Positions 19,139 to 29,427 of a stretch of DNA of 64,000 bases are shown one piece after another. The DNA is taken from NCBI GenBank assembly GCA_021823405.1, contig JAKAOA010000001.1, forward strand, positions 43,628 to 107,627, in the 5' to 3' direction. The stretch is from Bacteroidota bacterium (lineage in GTDB: Bacteria; Bacteroidota; Bacteroidia; JABEUT01). The position numbers and the translations under genes are program-made. The notes beneath the pieces were generated by a model that saw nothing but the letters and a program-made list of their open reading frames with translations, was not told where the DNA came from and ran no database searches. Within the stretch, counting starts at the first letter, position 1. Each line of letters begins with the position of its first letter.

Positions 19139-20710
19139 CTACACACTATATACTGCCTGAAGCAGTCCGATTTCATCAAAAGAAGGGACAAGGAAAACGG
19201 AAGGGTGGTTCGCCATTTTTAAGGCATGGGCGGTAGCATTGCCCATGGCGATTATTTTCTGCTCCTTTTTCAGTTTCTTCTTCTCTAAAAACGCCTCCAC
19301 GTTAGACGGGCTTGTAAATAACATAATATCGGATTCGGGTATTCCTTCAACGGGTTTATGTATTGTTTCATAAACGGGTAAATCAATCACTTGGGTTTTA
19401 TTTACGAATTGTTGTTGTATCGTTCTCATACTTTCCTTCGCCTGCGGAAAAAGCGCCTGTCCTGATTTTACAAGGTTTGCAAACTGTTTTCCTACTAATC
19501 TGGTATCGGTAGAGACGCCAATAAAGTCGGCTCTTCTGCCAAATGTTCTTATCGCTTCCGCGGTTGATTTTGCAATTGCTCCAATTCGGATATTCCCAAT
19601 TTCCGGCTTTTGGTCGAAGAAATAGGTAACCGCATGTTTGCTGGAAAAAAAGAGCCATTCGGCTGCCGGTAATTTTCCGAACGGAATGGGCTTAAACTCA
19701 ATAAATGCCCTGCCGCTTACTGTATATCCGTTGGCTATCAGCGAACGGCTGAAAAAATCATTCTCCCTTATATCTCGTGTTATGAAGACCGAAGCGCTTT
19801 TTCTCGAATTAATCTTCTCGCATACTTTTTGTTCCCAGCCCTGTGGCATAGCGGTCTGAAAATAAAAGTAGCGCGGATAAGAGTTCACATCCCGGGAGTA
19901 GGCGGCGAAAATCTTAAAAAAGGGCTTATCGAATTCGTCTGAATGCTTTTCGCAATATACGCCGAGAGGCAGGTTACAGCCGCCCTGAAACATACCGAAT
20001 ATCTTGCGTTCCGCAAAAACCGTCTCCTGTACTTCAGGATGATTGATTTTATCCAGACATTGCTGTAAATCTGCATCACCTTCGCGGATCTGCAACGCAA
20101 GCACACCTTGCGCCGGCGCCGGCACTAACTCGTGAGGTGCAAATTTAAAGGAATGAAATCCGGAAACATCCAGTCCCAATCGCTCGGCAGCAGCCGACGC
20201 CAGGAAGATAGCATCATACTTTTTATCCTGAAGTTTTTTTAGTCGCGTTTGAACGTTGCCCCGTAACTCTTTAATCTCCACATCGGGTCTGAATGCCTTA
20301 ATCTGAACGTTGCGTCGAGCAGCGGATGTGCCAATTACAGCTTTCTTCTTAATGGCAAATTTCATTGTTTCATCTACCGAATCCTTATTAATAAGCAACA
20401 GTTCCGATGGGTCTTCACGGTATGAAACCGCTCCTACCTTGAGTCCTTTAACGGGTGTAGTCGGCAAATCCTTATAGGAATGTACGGCAAGGTCGATTTC
20501 CTTATTAAGGAGCGCTTCTTCAATTTCCTTTGTAAAAAAACCCTGTCCTTCTATTGCAGAAAATCTTTGTTCGGGCTGTAAATCGCCTTTGGTTTTAATT
20601 ATTTTTACTTCTATCCTATTCCCGGTTTTAAGCAGTTCCTTTTTGATGAAATTTGCCTGCCACAGCGCAAGTTCGCTGCCTCGCGAGCCGATGATTATTT
20701 TTTTTGCCAT
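19139..20710 (-). CDS. hemC: Bifunctional hydroxymethylbilane synthase / uroporphyrinogen-III synthase (HemC-HemD fusion)
   Basis: N-terminal HemC (IIIGSRGSELALWQA, about 300 aa) fused to a C-terminal HemD-like domain (VFITRD...GAIAKSTAEA...). Confidence 0.85.
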   Translation of the reverse strand: MAKKIIIGSRGSELALWQANFIKKELLKTGNRIEVKIIKTKGDLQPEQRFSAIEGQGFFTKEIEEALLNKEIDLAVHSYKDLPTTPVKGLKVGAVSYREDPSELLLINKDSVDETMKFAIKKKAVIGTSAARRNVQIKAFRPDVEIKELRGNVQTRLKKLQDKKYDAIFLASAAAERLGLDVSGFHSFKFAPHELVPAPAQGVLALQIREGDADLQQCLDKINHPEVQETVFAERKIFGMFQGGCNLPLGVYCEKHSDEFDKPFFKIFAAYSRDVNSYPRYFYFQTAMPQGWEQKVCEKINSRKSASVFITRDIRENDFFSRSLIANGYTVSGRAFIEFKPIPFGKLPAAEWLFFSSKHAVTYFFDQKPEIGNIRIGAIAKSTAEAIRTFGRRADFIGVSTDTRLVGKQFANLVKSGQALFPQAKESMRTIQQQFVNKTQVIDLPVYETIHKPVEGIPESDIMLFTSPSNVEAFLEKKKLKKEQKIIAMGNATAHALKMANHPSVFLVPSFDEIGLLQAVYSV

Positions 20711-20878
20711 GTTGCAAAAGTACAGAATGTTTCAGATGGTTAGTTTATTATTCCCCTGTTCATAATTACCATCACTTTTAATTAAAAACCGCGTGCGGAA
20801 AGAAATTGATGTAATCACTTATTCATTACATCCTTAAAATAATTACCTTTGACAGGTAACAATTAATACCCAATAATT

Positions 20879-21385
20879 ATGGCGATAAAAGACGGAATGA
20901 TAATGGAATATAAACACGAAATGGCAAACACCCGAAAAATGTTGGAACGAGTGCCATTTGAAAAAGCGGAATATAAGCCGCATGAAAAATCGCGCGCTAT
21001 GGCGAACGAGGCATTCCATATTGTTAACATACTAACATGGATTCCGAGAATATTAAATAATCCCGGCTTTGATGTAGCCCAACCCGGCGCACTGCCTAAG
21101 CCGGATGTACCTAAAAACAATAAAGAACTCCTTACTCAATTTGATAAGAATTATGCTGACTCCCTTAAAGCGCTTGAAAATGCCACTGATGAAGCGTTGA
21201 TGACTCCATGGACATTCCGCAATGGAGAACACGTAATATTTACATTGCCAAGGGTTGCCGCAATACGCAATGTCGGATTGAATCATCATTACCATCACCG
21301 CGGTCAGATGAGTGTTTATCTGCGTTTGGCGGGTGTGCCTGTTCCGGGAATGTATGGTCCAAGCGCCGACGAATCAGGTATTTAA
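20879..21385 (+). CDS. DinB/YfiT-like (DinB_2 superfamily) metal-dependent hydrolase-fold protein
   Basis: 168 aa with a conserved His-rich C-terminus (HHYHHRGQMSVYLRLAG) typical of DinB_2. Confidence 0.55.
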   Translation: MAIKDGMIMEYKHEMANTRKMLERVPFEKAEYKPHEKSRAMANEAFHIVNILTWIPRILNNPGFDVAQPGALPKPDVPKNNKELLTQFDKNYADSLKALENATDEALMTPWTFRNGEHVIFTLPRVAAIRNVGLNHHYHHRGQMSVYLRLAGVPVPGMYGPSADESGI

Positions 21386-21510
21386 GATAATCTATGTTGG
21401 GTTATTACTTCCGCCGGTATTAATGAGGCGGACTTATTTTTTTCGGAAAAATGCGAATAAGAATGGCAGTTGGGTTCTCCCTATATTTGCATGCTAATAA
21501 TATCTAATCC

Positions 21511-23538
21511 ATGGATTCAAGAGCATTTAAAAAAGCTATACAACAAGGCATCCCTGACAAATTACCCGAAATGCCTCTTTATGATAAAAATATAAACCAC
21601 GCCCCTAAACGAAAAGATATACTGACGAAGGAAGAAAAAAAGCTTGCCGTTAGAAATGCTCTGCGTTATTTCCCTGCCAAACATCATGCTGTACTTGCAA
21701 AAGAATTCGCCGGAGAACTGCGTATATATGGAAGAATATATATGCACCGGTTCCGCCCTGTATATAAAATGTATGCACGCAACATAAACGAATACCCGTA
21801 TAATTCTCTGAAAGCCGCCGCTATTATGCTGATGATACAGAACAATCTTGATGAGGCAGTAGCGCAGCATCCGCACGAATTGATAACATACGGTGGAAAT
21901 GGCGCAGTATTCCAGAACTGGGCGCAATATCTGCTTACAATGAAGTATCTTTCGGAAATGACTGATGAGCAAACGCTGGTCATGTATTCCGGTCATCCTT
22001 TGGGGCTGTTTCCATCCTCCAAAGATGCTCCGCGCGCGGTAGTTACCAACGGTATGATGATACCCAACTATTCAAAACCCGATGACTGGGAACGATACAA
22101 TGCCCTTGGCGTTACTCAATATGGACAGATGACTGCCGGCTCATATATGTATATTGGATCGCAAGGAATAGTGCATGGTACAACGCTGACTTTGTTAAAT
22201 GCTGCGCGGAAAAGGAACTCGTCCTTAGATGGACAAAAACCGAAAGGGAAAGACGCCCGCAAAATTTTTGTGTCATCGGGATTGGGCGGTATGAGCGGCG
22301 CACAGCCAAAAGCTGCCGTAATAGCGGGGCTGATTTCAATAATAGCTGAAATAAACCCGAAAGTGGTTGAGAAGCGATATAAACAGAATTGGGTAAACGA
22401 GGTCTATTCCGATTTAAATAAACTATTGCTCCGGGCTAAAAAAGCGGTTCGACAAAATGAACCGGTATCGCTGGCTTACATGGGCAACGTAGTTGACCTT
22501 TGGGAACGACTCTCATTGGAAGATATTGAGATTGCTCTTGGCTCCGACCAGACCTCGTTACATAATCCGTTTGCAGGCGGTTATTATCCGGCAGCGCTTA
22601 CATTCGATAAATCCAATGCTCTGATGGTTTCGGATCCTGAACGGTTCAAAACCGAAGTTTACAATTCACTGAAAAGACAAGTGGAAGCAATAAAAATGCT
22701 AACCGGCAGGGGAATGTACTTTTTTGACTATGGCAACGCATTCTTGCTTGAATCAGGAAGGGCAGGAGCCGATATTTTTAAGAAAGATGGAAGTTTTATC
22801 TATCCCTCTTACGTAGAAGATATTATGGGACCAGTTTTTTTCGATTACGGATTCGGTCCGTTCCGGTGGGTTTGCACATCGGGAAAAGCCGCCGACCTGC
22901 ATCTTACGGATAAAATTGCTGCCGGGGTTCTCGAATCTCTGGCTAAAACGGCGCCGCAGGAAATTACTGCACAGCTGAAGGATAACATCCGCTGGATTAA
23001 AGACGCCAGGAAGAACAACCTCGTTGTTGGTTCTCAAGCGCGCATTCTCTACGCCGATGCCGAAGGCAGAATTAAAATTGCAAAGGCGTTCAACAAAGCG
23101 GTAAGGCAAGGCAAGATAACGGCTCCGGTTGTACTTGGCAGAGACCATCACGATGTATCGGGCACCGATTCTCCCTATCGCGAAACAGCTAATATCTATG
23201 ACGGTTCACGTTTCACCGCCGATATGGCGGTGCAGAACGTTATCGGCGACTCCTTCCGCGGTGCAACATGGGTATCGTTGCATAACGGCGGCGGAGTTGG
23301 CTGGGGCGAAGTGATAAACGGCGGCTTTGGATTGGCGCTCGATGGCAGCAGCCAAGCCGACAGGAATCTGGCAAAAATGCTTTACTGGGATGTAAATAAC
23401 GGTATTGCGCGCCGTTCATGGGCAGGAAATAGCGGTGCAATGTTCACTGCAAAGCGTGAACTAAAAAAGATGAAAAATTTGCAGATAACCATACCTAATA
23501 GGGTTGAAGATCGTTTGCTGGAGAATTTTTTTGATTGA
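21511..23538 (+). CDS. hutU: Urocanate hydratase
   Basis: 675 aa. N-terminal ...IPDKLPEMPLYDKNINHAPKRKD, an NAD-binding GLGGMSGAQP region, and collinearity with HutU. Confidence 0.9.
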   Translation: MDSRAFKKAIQQGIPDKLPEMPLYDKNINHAPKRKDILTKEEKKLAVRNALRYFPAKHHAVLAKEFAGELRIYGRIYMHRFRPVYKMYARNINEYPYNSLKAAAIMLMIQNNLDEAVAQHPHELITYGGNGAVFQNWAQYLLTMKYLSEMTDEQTLVMYSGHPLGLFPSSKDAPRAVVTNGMMIPNYSKPDDWERYNALGVTQYGQMTAGSYMYIGSQGIVHGTTLTLLNAARKRNSSLDGQKPKGKDARKIFVSSGLGGMSGAQPKAAVIAGLISIIAEINPKVVEKRYKQNWVNEVYSDLNKLLLRAKKAVRQNEPVSLAYMGNVVDLWERLSLEDIEIALGSDQTSLHNPFAGGYYPAALTFDKSNALMVSDPERFKTEVYNSLKRQVEAIKMLTGRGMYFFDYGNAFLLESGRAGADIFKKDGSFIYPSYVEDIMGPVFFDYGFGPFRWVCTSGKAADLHLTDKIAAGVLESLAKTAPQEITAQLKDNIRWIKDARKNNLVVGSQARILYADAEGRIKIAKAFNKAVRQGKITAPVVLGRDHHDVSGTDSPYRETANIYDGSRFTADMAVQNVIGDSFRGATWVSLHNGGGVGWGEVINGGFGLALDGSSQADRNLAKMLYWDVNNGIARRSWAGNSGAMFTAKRELKKMKNLQITIPNRVEDRLLENFFD

Positions 23539-23600
23539 AGTGGTTAAGGTTTCCTTATAAAACTAAACTGAAAAAACGCCGAGGTTCTGATGTTTAAACC

Positions 23601-24599
23601 ATGCTTGCATTAATTTATCTAATTCGGATAATCTTCTACGTGCGAATAAATAAAATACTCCTAATTCTAATTCTCCTTCCTGCTCTGGACCGATCACTCG
23701 CTTCGGTTCATGATCCGCTGAAACCCTTCGGACTGAAAAACTATTTTAATTACCCCGGTGATACCTCCGGCACTGACGATAGCGCTGACGACGATAACAT
23801 AAAAGAAAGAACCTTTGCCATAGGTTTGGAAGCATGTAATGATCAGGAACACTACGGATTGCGCGATGCGAACCAGCGGCTGCCATTTCTGGAACCCAGT
23901 TTTACTTACACTGCCAAATCCGGTTTCTATGTTGAACTAACCGATCAATACCTGTTAATGAAAAGAGGAGGCGGTTTTGACGTGTTCGGTTGGAATCCGG
24001 GATGGAATATAGACCTCACAGATAAGACAACCTTGAATGTTAACTGGCAGGGATACAGGTTCCGCGGCAAAAGTGTAAATTTTATCGGCTCTTCCGAAGC
24101 GGATGCCCTCTCCACTTATATTGAACAGGATATAGGGAATCTGACAGGAAAATTTACCGCCGCTTATGATATATATAAAAAGCCCTCCAATCCTAAAATA
24201 CCCCGAACGGCTAACGACTTTGTATTTACTCCCGACCTGACTTATAATTTTGAATACGATTGGGGTAAAACTGTAAAACAATCATTCGCCGTGATACCAG
24301 AGGTTAGTATTGATGCCGGCACTGCCAATTTCATAACAAATTACGAAAACCTAAAAGTAGCCGACAGCGCTGCAAACGGACTTAAAACGAGATTGGCAAA
24401 TTACGCTGCCAACAGCAATTCTAAATTTGAACTGTTAGATTATAGCTTCACTTTAAGTATAGATTATAATCTCGGAAATTTCGAGATGGAGCCCCAGTTT
24501 ATCTACTGCATTCCTATCTATAAGCCGCTAAATAGACCATCGCCCAAATCGGCGATAATTTCATTCACCCTTACATACAATATACGCTCAAAGAAATAA
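23601..24599 (+). CDS. Hypothetical secreted/outer-membrane protein (putative beta-barrel)
   Basis: Hydrophobic N-terminus, alternating amphipathic beta-strand pattern, aromatic-rich C-terminus. No recognised motif. Confidence 0.35.
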   Translation: MLALIYLIRIIFYVRINKILLILILLPALDRSLASVHDPLKPFGLKNYFNYPGDTSGTDDSADDDNIKERTFAIGLEACNDQEHYGLRDANQRLPFLEPSFTYTAKSGFYVELTDQYLLMKRGGGFDVFGWNPGWNIDLTDKTTLNVNWQGYRFRGKSVNFIGSSEADALSTYIEQDIGNLTGKFTAAYDIYKKPSNPKIPRTANDFVFTPDLTYNFEYDWGKTVKQSFAVIPEVSIDAGTANFITNYENLKVADSAANGLKTRLANYAANSNSKFELLDYSFTLSIDYNLGNFEMEPQFIYCIPIYKPLNRPSPKSAIISFTLTYNIRSKK

Positions 24600-24637
24600 C
24601 AGGCGTTACTGTTGCGCTTATCTCAAAGATTTAAGAA

Positions 24638-25981
24638 ATGGAAAATTTCAGGTTAAATAAACAGATAGTATATGCAGCCGGCATGATGGGGTGGTCCATT
24701 ATGATAAACCTTATTGGGGTTATGTTAATCTTTTATTATCTCCCGCCAGACGGTTCCGGATTGGCAGTTCTGATTTCGCAAAACAGATGGTTCCATATTT
24801 TTAATATTCTGGCTGTCATTCTTGCATCAGGTCGGCTGATAGATGCATTTTACGACCCTTGCATAGACCGTATGAGTGATAAATCAAAAAACAAAAGAGG
24901 CAGAAGAATACCATTTATGCTTTATAGCGTATTGCCATCGGCTGTATTCTGCATTTTGGTCTTCTATCCGCCGGTTCAAGGAATATCGCATTCAAACGCT
25001 ATCTGGCTGCTGATTACGCTAACTTTATTTTTTATAGCGACTACAACTTATGCTATTCCATATAATGCAATGCTTCCTGAAATAGCAAGGACAGCACAGG
25101 ATAAGGTCCGGCTATCCACTTTTCAGCAAGTAGGTTTTGTATCCGGTATAGTAATTGCTGCCCAAACTAACGTTATAGCTGACGTTTTCGGCTCGGTCTT
25201 CCACCTGCATGATAGAACGGTTAGCGTCCGGTATGCGGTAATTTTTCTTTCCGTAACGGGAGGTATTGCCATGCTTTTGCCCGCTCTGGTTATAGATGAG
25301 AAGAAATATTGCAATTCAACACCTTCATCCACGCCGCTGCTGGCTTCATTAAAGGAAAGTTTTTCAAACCGGAATTTTATATTTTTTATTGTCGCCTGCT
25401 TTTCTTACTATATGGCAATAAACCTTATATCGAACGGACTGTTATACTTTGCAAAAGTCCTGGCGAACCTATCGGCTAATGAAGGTGGGATATTGATGAT
25501 TTTTATGGTAGTATTGTCTGTTGCATTTTATCCTGCGGTTAATTTAAGCGTTAAGAAATTAGGCGAAAAGAAGATTTTCGTAATCTCCTTATTCATGCTT
25601 GCCTTCGCCTTCTTTGGCATTCCACTTATCGGGAAATTACATATCCCGCCAAGGATTATGCTCTATTCATCGGTTGCGCTTTCTGCTTTTCCTGTCGCCT
25701 CGCTGGGTATTTTACCGAACGCCCTTCTTGCCGGATTAATTGATGATGAGGTTCGCCGAACTGGTGATAATAAAGAGGGGATGTTTTTTGCAGTTAATTT
25801 TTTCTCCATAAAATTGGGTCAAACAGCAGGATTGTCTCTATTTGCCATGCTTACAATTTACGGAAAAGATCCGGGCAACGATTTAGGGCTGCGCCTTACC
25901 GGTGTGGCAGGCGCTGTTCTCTGTATTATTGCCGGAATTACTTTTGCCGGATTCCGGCAGCGCGCGAATATATATGATTGA
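24638..25981 (+). CDS. MFS transporter (GPH / sugar:cation symporter-like)
   Basis: 447 aa with about 12 TM helices. The D..R-containing loop motifs fit the GPH family. Confidence 0.65.
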   Translation: MENFRLNKQIVYAAGMMGWSIMINLIGVMLIFYYLPPDGSGLAVLISQNRWFHIFNILAVILASGRLIDAFYDPCIDRMSDKSKNKRGRRIPFMLYSVLPSAVFCILVFYPPVQGISHSNAIWLLITLTLFFIATTTYAIPYNAMLPEIARTAQDKVRLSTFQQVGFVSGIVIAAQTNVIADVFGSVFHLHDRTVSVRYAVIFLSVTGGIAMLLPALVIDEKKYCNSTPSSTPLLASLKESFSNRNFIFFIVACFSYYMAINLISNGLLYFAKVLANLSANEGGILMIFMVVLSVAFYPAVNLSVKKLGEKKIFVISLFMLAFAFFGIPLIGKLHIPPRIMLYSSVALSAFPVASLGILPNALLAGLIDDEVRRTGDNKEGMFFAVNFFSIKLGQTAGLSLFAMLTIYGKDPGNDLGLRLTGVAGAVLCIIAGITFAGFRQRANIYD

Positions 25982-26028
25982 ATCTGTAAACCGGACTGCG
26001 ATTAGTCGCGTTATACAGACCATAATTG

Positions 26029-26048
26029 AACCCGATAGCTATTGGGTT
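26029..26048. repeat. REP-like palindromic element, subtype 1 (AACCCGATAGCTATTGGGTT, 1 mismatch)
   Basis: Carries the same caattg and gttaaaattca flanks as the copies at 12000, 35002 and 46471 (opposite orientation to the latter two). Confidence 0.75.
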
Positions 26049-26221
26049 GTTAAAATTCATTTATTCAAAGTATCAGTATCACTACTCGTACAGATGTACT
26101 GCCCGTAAGTGATTTAGCGACCACAAAATACCTGTACGGGCAGTCATATCAAGATGAATGTTTTACATTTTCATCCATTGTCGGTATATTTTACTTTGCG
26201 CCACCGCTATAGCTAAGGTGT

Positions 26222-26239
26222 CTTGATAACTATCGGGAC
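26222..26239. repeat. REP-like palindromic element, subtype 2, degenerate left half (cttgataactatcgggac)
   Basis: Followed by gcggtcgcaaaat, the subtype-2 flank. Preceded at 26176-26190 by ttgtcggtatatttt, the conserved tail motif of the longer element. Confidence 0.55.
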
Positions 26240-26539
26240 GCGGTCGCAAAATCAATTAGAGCAGTAGAAATTATTACCTCTTAAAATAATCTAATTCAGA
26301 CGACTCTTTTATAGCCATAAGAAGGTTAAATCTTACGAATATGTAATCCAATACTTGTAAATTTTCAAAAATAAATAATCATTCTATTATTTTTATAATA
26401 CATTGCTTATCAGTTGTTTTAATGATTCTTTGATTATTTAAATGTTACATATAAGGCGGAAAAATTTACTTTTCTGTTTGTGAATCAAAAATAATTATAC
26501 CTTTGCAGCCATATTTTAATCCATCAAATAAAACACACA

Positions 26540-26776
26540 ATGAAAAAATTAGTATCTATTATTGCAGTTGCAGGTGTATTGGCTCTTATTTCCTGCGGTC
26601 CAAGCGCCGATGAAAAGGCAAAAGCTGAAAAAGCGAAAGCTGATTCGGCAAGAATGGCTGACTCCACAAAACAAGCTCAACAAGCGGCTATGATGAAAAT
26701 GAAACAGGACTCCGCCGCCAAAGCTGCTGCCATGAAATCAGACACCACAAAGAAGGACACTGCAAAGAAAATGTAG
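26540..26776 (+). CDS. Small Lys/Ala-rich lipoprotein (78 aa)
   Basis: Signal peptide with lipobox LISC. Low-complexity KAKAEKAKAD...AAKAAAMK mature part. Its own terminator lies downstream. Confidence 0.5.
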   Translation: MKKLVSIIAVAGVLALISCGPSADEKAKAEKAKADSARMADSTKQAQQAAMMKMKQDSAAKAAAMKSDTTKKDTAKKM

Positions 26777-26800
26777 TTTTAACCCTCTTAGTTATTAGAA

Positions 26801-26829
26801 AGGAGTTCAATTGGAACTCCTTTTTTTTT
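26801..26829 (+). terminator. Rho-independent terminator (AGGAGTTC-aattg-GAACTCCT + T9)
   Basis: Perfect 8 bp stem followed by a T-tract, directly after the lipoprotein ORF. Confidence 0.8.
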
Positions 26830-27904
26830 GAACGACAGCAATATGACTGATGAAGCAAACATAAGCGAACATACAGAGCTACAGGACGAGGATAAGGAGA
26901 TGTATGAGCATTTCCACTTTCTGGTTGACCCGGGACAAGAGCCATTAAGAATAGACAAATTTCTGCAATACAAAATTGCCAATGCAACCCGTACACGCAT
27001 CCAGCACGCACTGGTGGAAGGGAATATTCTTATTAACGGCAAGCCGCGTAAAACGAATTACAAAGTAAAGCCGGGAGATGAAATCAGTATTGTTTTCGCC
27101 TATCCCAAAAGGGAAATTGAACTTATTCCCGAGAACATTCCCCTCAATATTGTTTACGAAGATGAAGATATAATCATTATTAATAAAAAAGCGGGGATGG
27201 TAGTGCATCCGGGAGTCGGAAATTTTACCGGAACATTAATGAATGCAGCGCTATACCACTATAAATCGCTGCCGCAAAAAAAGTCGAATGGTAACGATCC
27301 CTTTAGCGAAATGCGACCGGGGCTTGTTCACCGTCTCGATAAGAACACCAGTGGATTAATTGTAGTAACAAAAAATGAAAAGAGTATAAATAGTTTGGCA
27401 AATGCATTCTTTGAAAGGAAAGTTGACCGGCGTTACATAGCTTTAGTATGGGGTGATTTTGTAGAAAATGCGATTACCATTGATGCCCATATCGGAAGAG
27501 ATTTGCGCGACCGGAAAAAAATGGCTGCTTTTCCTAAAGGCGAGCATGGGCGGAATGCGGTTACTCACATAAAAGTATTGGAACGCTTTAAATATGTAAC
27601 TCTGGTAGAATGTAAACTTGAAACCGGAAGGACTCATCAGATAAGGGTGCACCTCCAACATATCGGGCATCCGGTATTTAATGATGAAGTATATGGGGGC
27701 GATAAAATATTAAGGGGTCAGATAAATGCAAAGTACAGGCAATTTGTGGAAAACTGCTTTGTCATTATGCCGCGACAGGCACTGCATGCGCTCACATTAG
27801 GGTTTATTCACCCAACTACCGGTAAGCCCATTCATTTTGAGTCGGACATTCCGGAGGATATGAAAGCGGTAATAGCGAAGTGGAGAGGAAGAAATAATAA
27901 GTAA
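26828..27904 (+). CDS. rluD: RluA/RluD-family 23S rRNA pseudouridine synthase
   Basis: S4 domain (LRIDKFL), catalytic HRLDKNTSGLIVV motif. 358 aa with an acidic N-terminal extension. Confidence 0.85.
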   Translation: MNDSNMTDEANISEHTELQDEDKEMYEHFHFLVDPGQEPLRIDKFLQYKIANATRTRIQHALVEGNILINGKPRKTNYKVKPGDEISIVFAYPKREIELIPENIPLNIVYEDEDIIIINKKAGMVVHPGVGNFTGTLMNAALYHYKSLPQKKSNGNDPFSEMRPGLVHRLDKNTSGLIVVTKNEKSINSLANAFFERKVDRRYIALVWGDFVENAITIDAHIGRDLRDRKKMAAFPKGEHGRNAVTHIKVLERFKYVTLVECKLETGRTHQIRVHLQHIGHPVFNDEVYGGDKILRGQINAKYRQFVENCFVIMPRQALHALTLGFIHPTTGKPIHFESDIPEDMKAVIAKWRGRNNK

Positions 27905-27920
27905 AATACCTTTCTTTTCC

Positions 27921-28589
27921 TTACTCGGCGTTTTTTCTCCCATGTTTAAGCACCCTCGCTTCGGAATAAAATATTATCTCTTCAGCTATATTTTTCATGT
28001 GGTCGCCTACGCGTTCTATCATCTTCATTATACTTAATAACTGTATTGCCTGTGAAAGATGTTCGGCGTTACCTTTTGCATATTCTTCAGCAGTAATAAC
28101 GGCATGCTCGGTTATTTCGTCAATTTTCTTATCTCTTCCGAAGATTTCCCTCGCAAGCAAAGTATCTTCCTTCTCAAAAGCGATGAGCAGGCACTGGAAC
28201 ATCTCAAAACCAGTATCGAAAGCGCCCTTAATGTCAGTTTTGTTAAGAAATCCCTCGTCAAACCTATTACTATAGATTGATACAGTGCGGCCTATTCCGT
28301 CAGCCAAATCGCCTATGCGTTCCAAATTCATGTTTATTTTGAGAGCGGAGAGAACAAATCGCAGATCTACTGCCACGGGAGTAAAAAGAGCTAAAATAGT
28401 TTCACAGCGGCTGTCTATCTGTAATTCCTTTGCATTCACCAATTTTTCGGTATGTTCCAATTCTTTTAGAACTGCCTTATTGTTTTCGAGCAACGCCTTT
28501 TGCGCTCTGGAAAATTGACCATGCGTAAGGTTAAACATTTGCAGAAGTTCGGTTCTCAATGAGTCCAATTCGGCTTGAAGATGTTCCAT
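27921..28589 (-). CDS. phoU: Phosphate signalling complex protein PhoU
   Basis: Two PhoU repeats (ERIGD.A..I / ERVGDH.KNIAE). 222 aa. Downstream of pstB. Confidence 0.9.
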   Translation of the reverse strand: MEHLQAELDSLRTELLQMFNLTHGQFSRAQKALLENNKAVLKELEHTEKLVNAKELQIDSRCETILALFTPVAVDLRFVLSALKINMNLERIGDLADGIGRTVSIYSNRFDEGFLNKTDIKGAFDTGFEMFQCLLIAFEKEDTLLAREIFGRDKKIDEITEHAVITAEEYAKGNAEHLSQAIQLLSIMKMIERVGDHMKNIAEEIIFYSEARVLKHGRKNAE

Positions 28590-28668
28590 TTTATATGGTT
28601 AAGTTAGATGCTTTTTGTTTATATAAGTTCTTAAATAAGCGAAAATTGATAAGTTGAATTCCCCGATA

Positions 28669-29427
28669 TTAACCGAACCTACCTGTAATGTAGTTCTGCG
28701 TTTTTTCGTTCTTAGGATTGGTAAACACCTTTTTGGTATCGTCATATTCAAGAAGTTCGCCAAGATAAAAAAATGCGGTCATATCACTGATTCGCGCCGC
28801 CTGCTGCATATTATGGGTAACAATTACAAGGGTATAATTAGCTTTAAGTTCATACAGCAGGTCTTCTATTTTTGATGTGGAAAGCGGGTCTAATGCCGAG
28901 GTGGGCTCATCTAAAAGTATAACTTCCGGTTTCATGGCGATTGCTCGTGCAAGGCATAACCGCTGCTGCTGGCCTCCGGAGAGCGAGGTGCTCCTTACGT
29001 GCAGTTTGTCCTTAACCTCATCCCAAAGTGCAACCTTCTTCAGCGCATCCTCTGTTATCTCTTCCTTTTCGAGTTTCTTAAGTTTAATACCATTGAGCAT
29101 AAAACCGGACAGAACATTTTCCCGTATACTCATAGTTGGGAAAGGGTTCGGGCGTTGAAATACCATGCCTACATTTCGCCGCAACTGCATTGCATCCATT
29201 TCATATACATCTTCGTAGTGTAGCCGTATCTTCCCTTCTACTTTGGCTTCGGGTGTAAGGTCGTGCATACGGTTTATGGCGCGTAATATGGTCGTTTTCC
29301 CGCAACCTGACGGTCCCATGAAAGCGGTTACCCGTTTTTCAGGAATATCCATATTAATTCCCTTCAGGACTAGAGTATTTCCGAAAGATACTTTAAGGTT
29401 TTCAGTTCTTAAAATTGCACTCTCCAT
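28669..29427 (-). CDS. pstB: Phosphate ABC transporter ATP-binding protein
   Basis: Walker [10 protein letters not shown], signature LSGGQQQRL, Walker [12 protein letters not shown]. 252 aa. Confidence 0.9.
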   Translation of the reverse strand: MESAILRTENLKVSFGNTLVLKGINMDIPEKRVTAFMGPSGCGKTTILRAINRMHDLTPEAKVEGKIRLHYEDVYEMDAMQLRRNVGMVFQRPNPFPTMSIRENVLSGFMLNGIKLKKLEKEEITEDALKKVALWDEVKDKLHVRSTSLSGGQQQRLCLARAIAMKPEVILLDEPTSALDPLSTSKIEDLLYELKANYTLVIVTHNMQQAARISDMTAFFYLGELLEYDDTKKVFTNPKNEKTQNYITGRFG

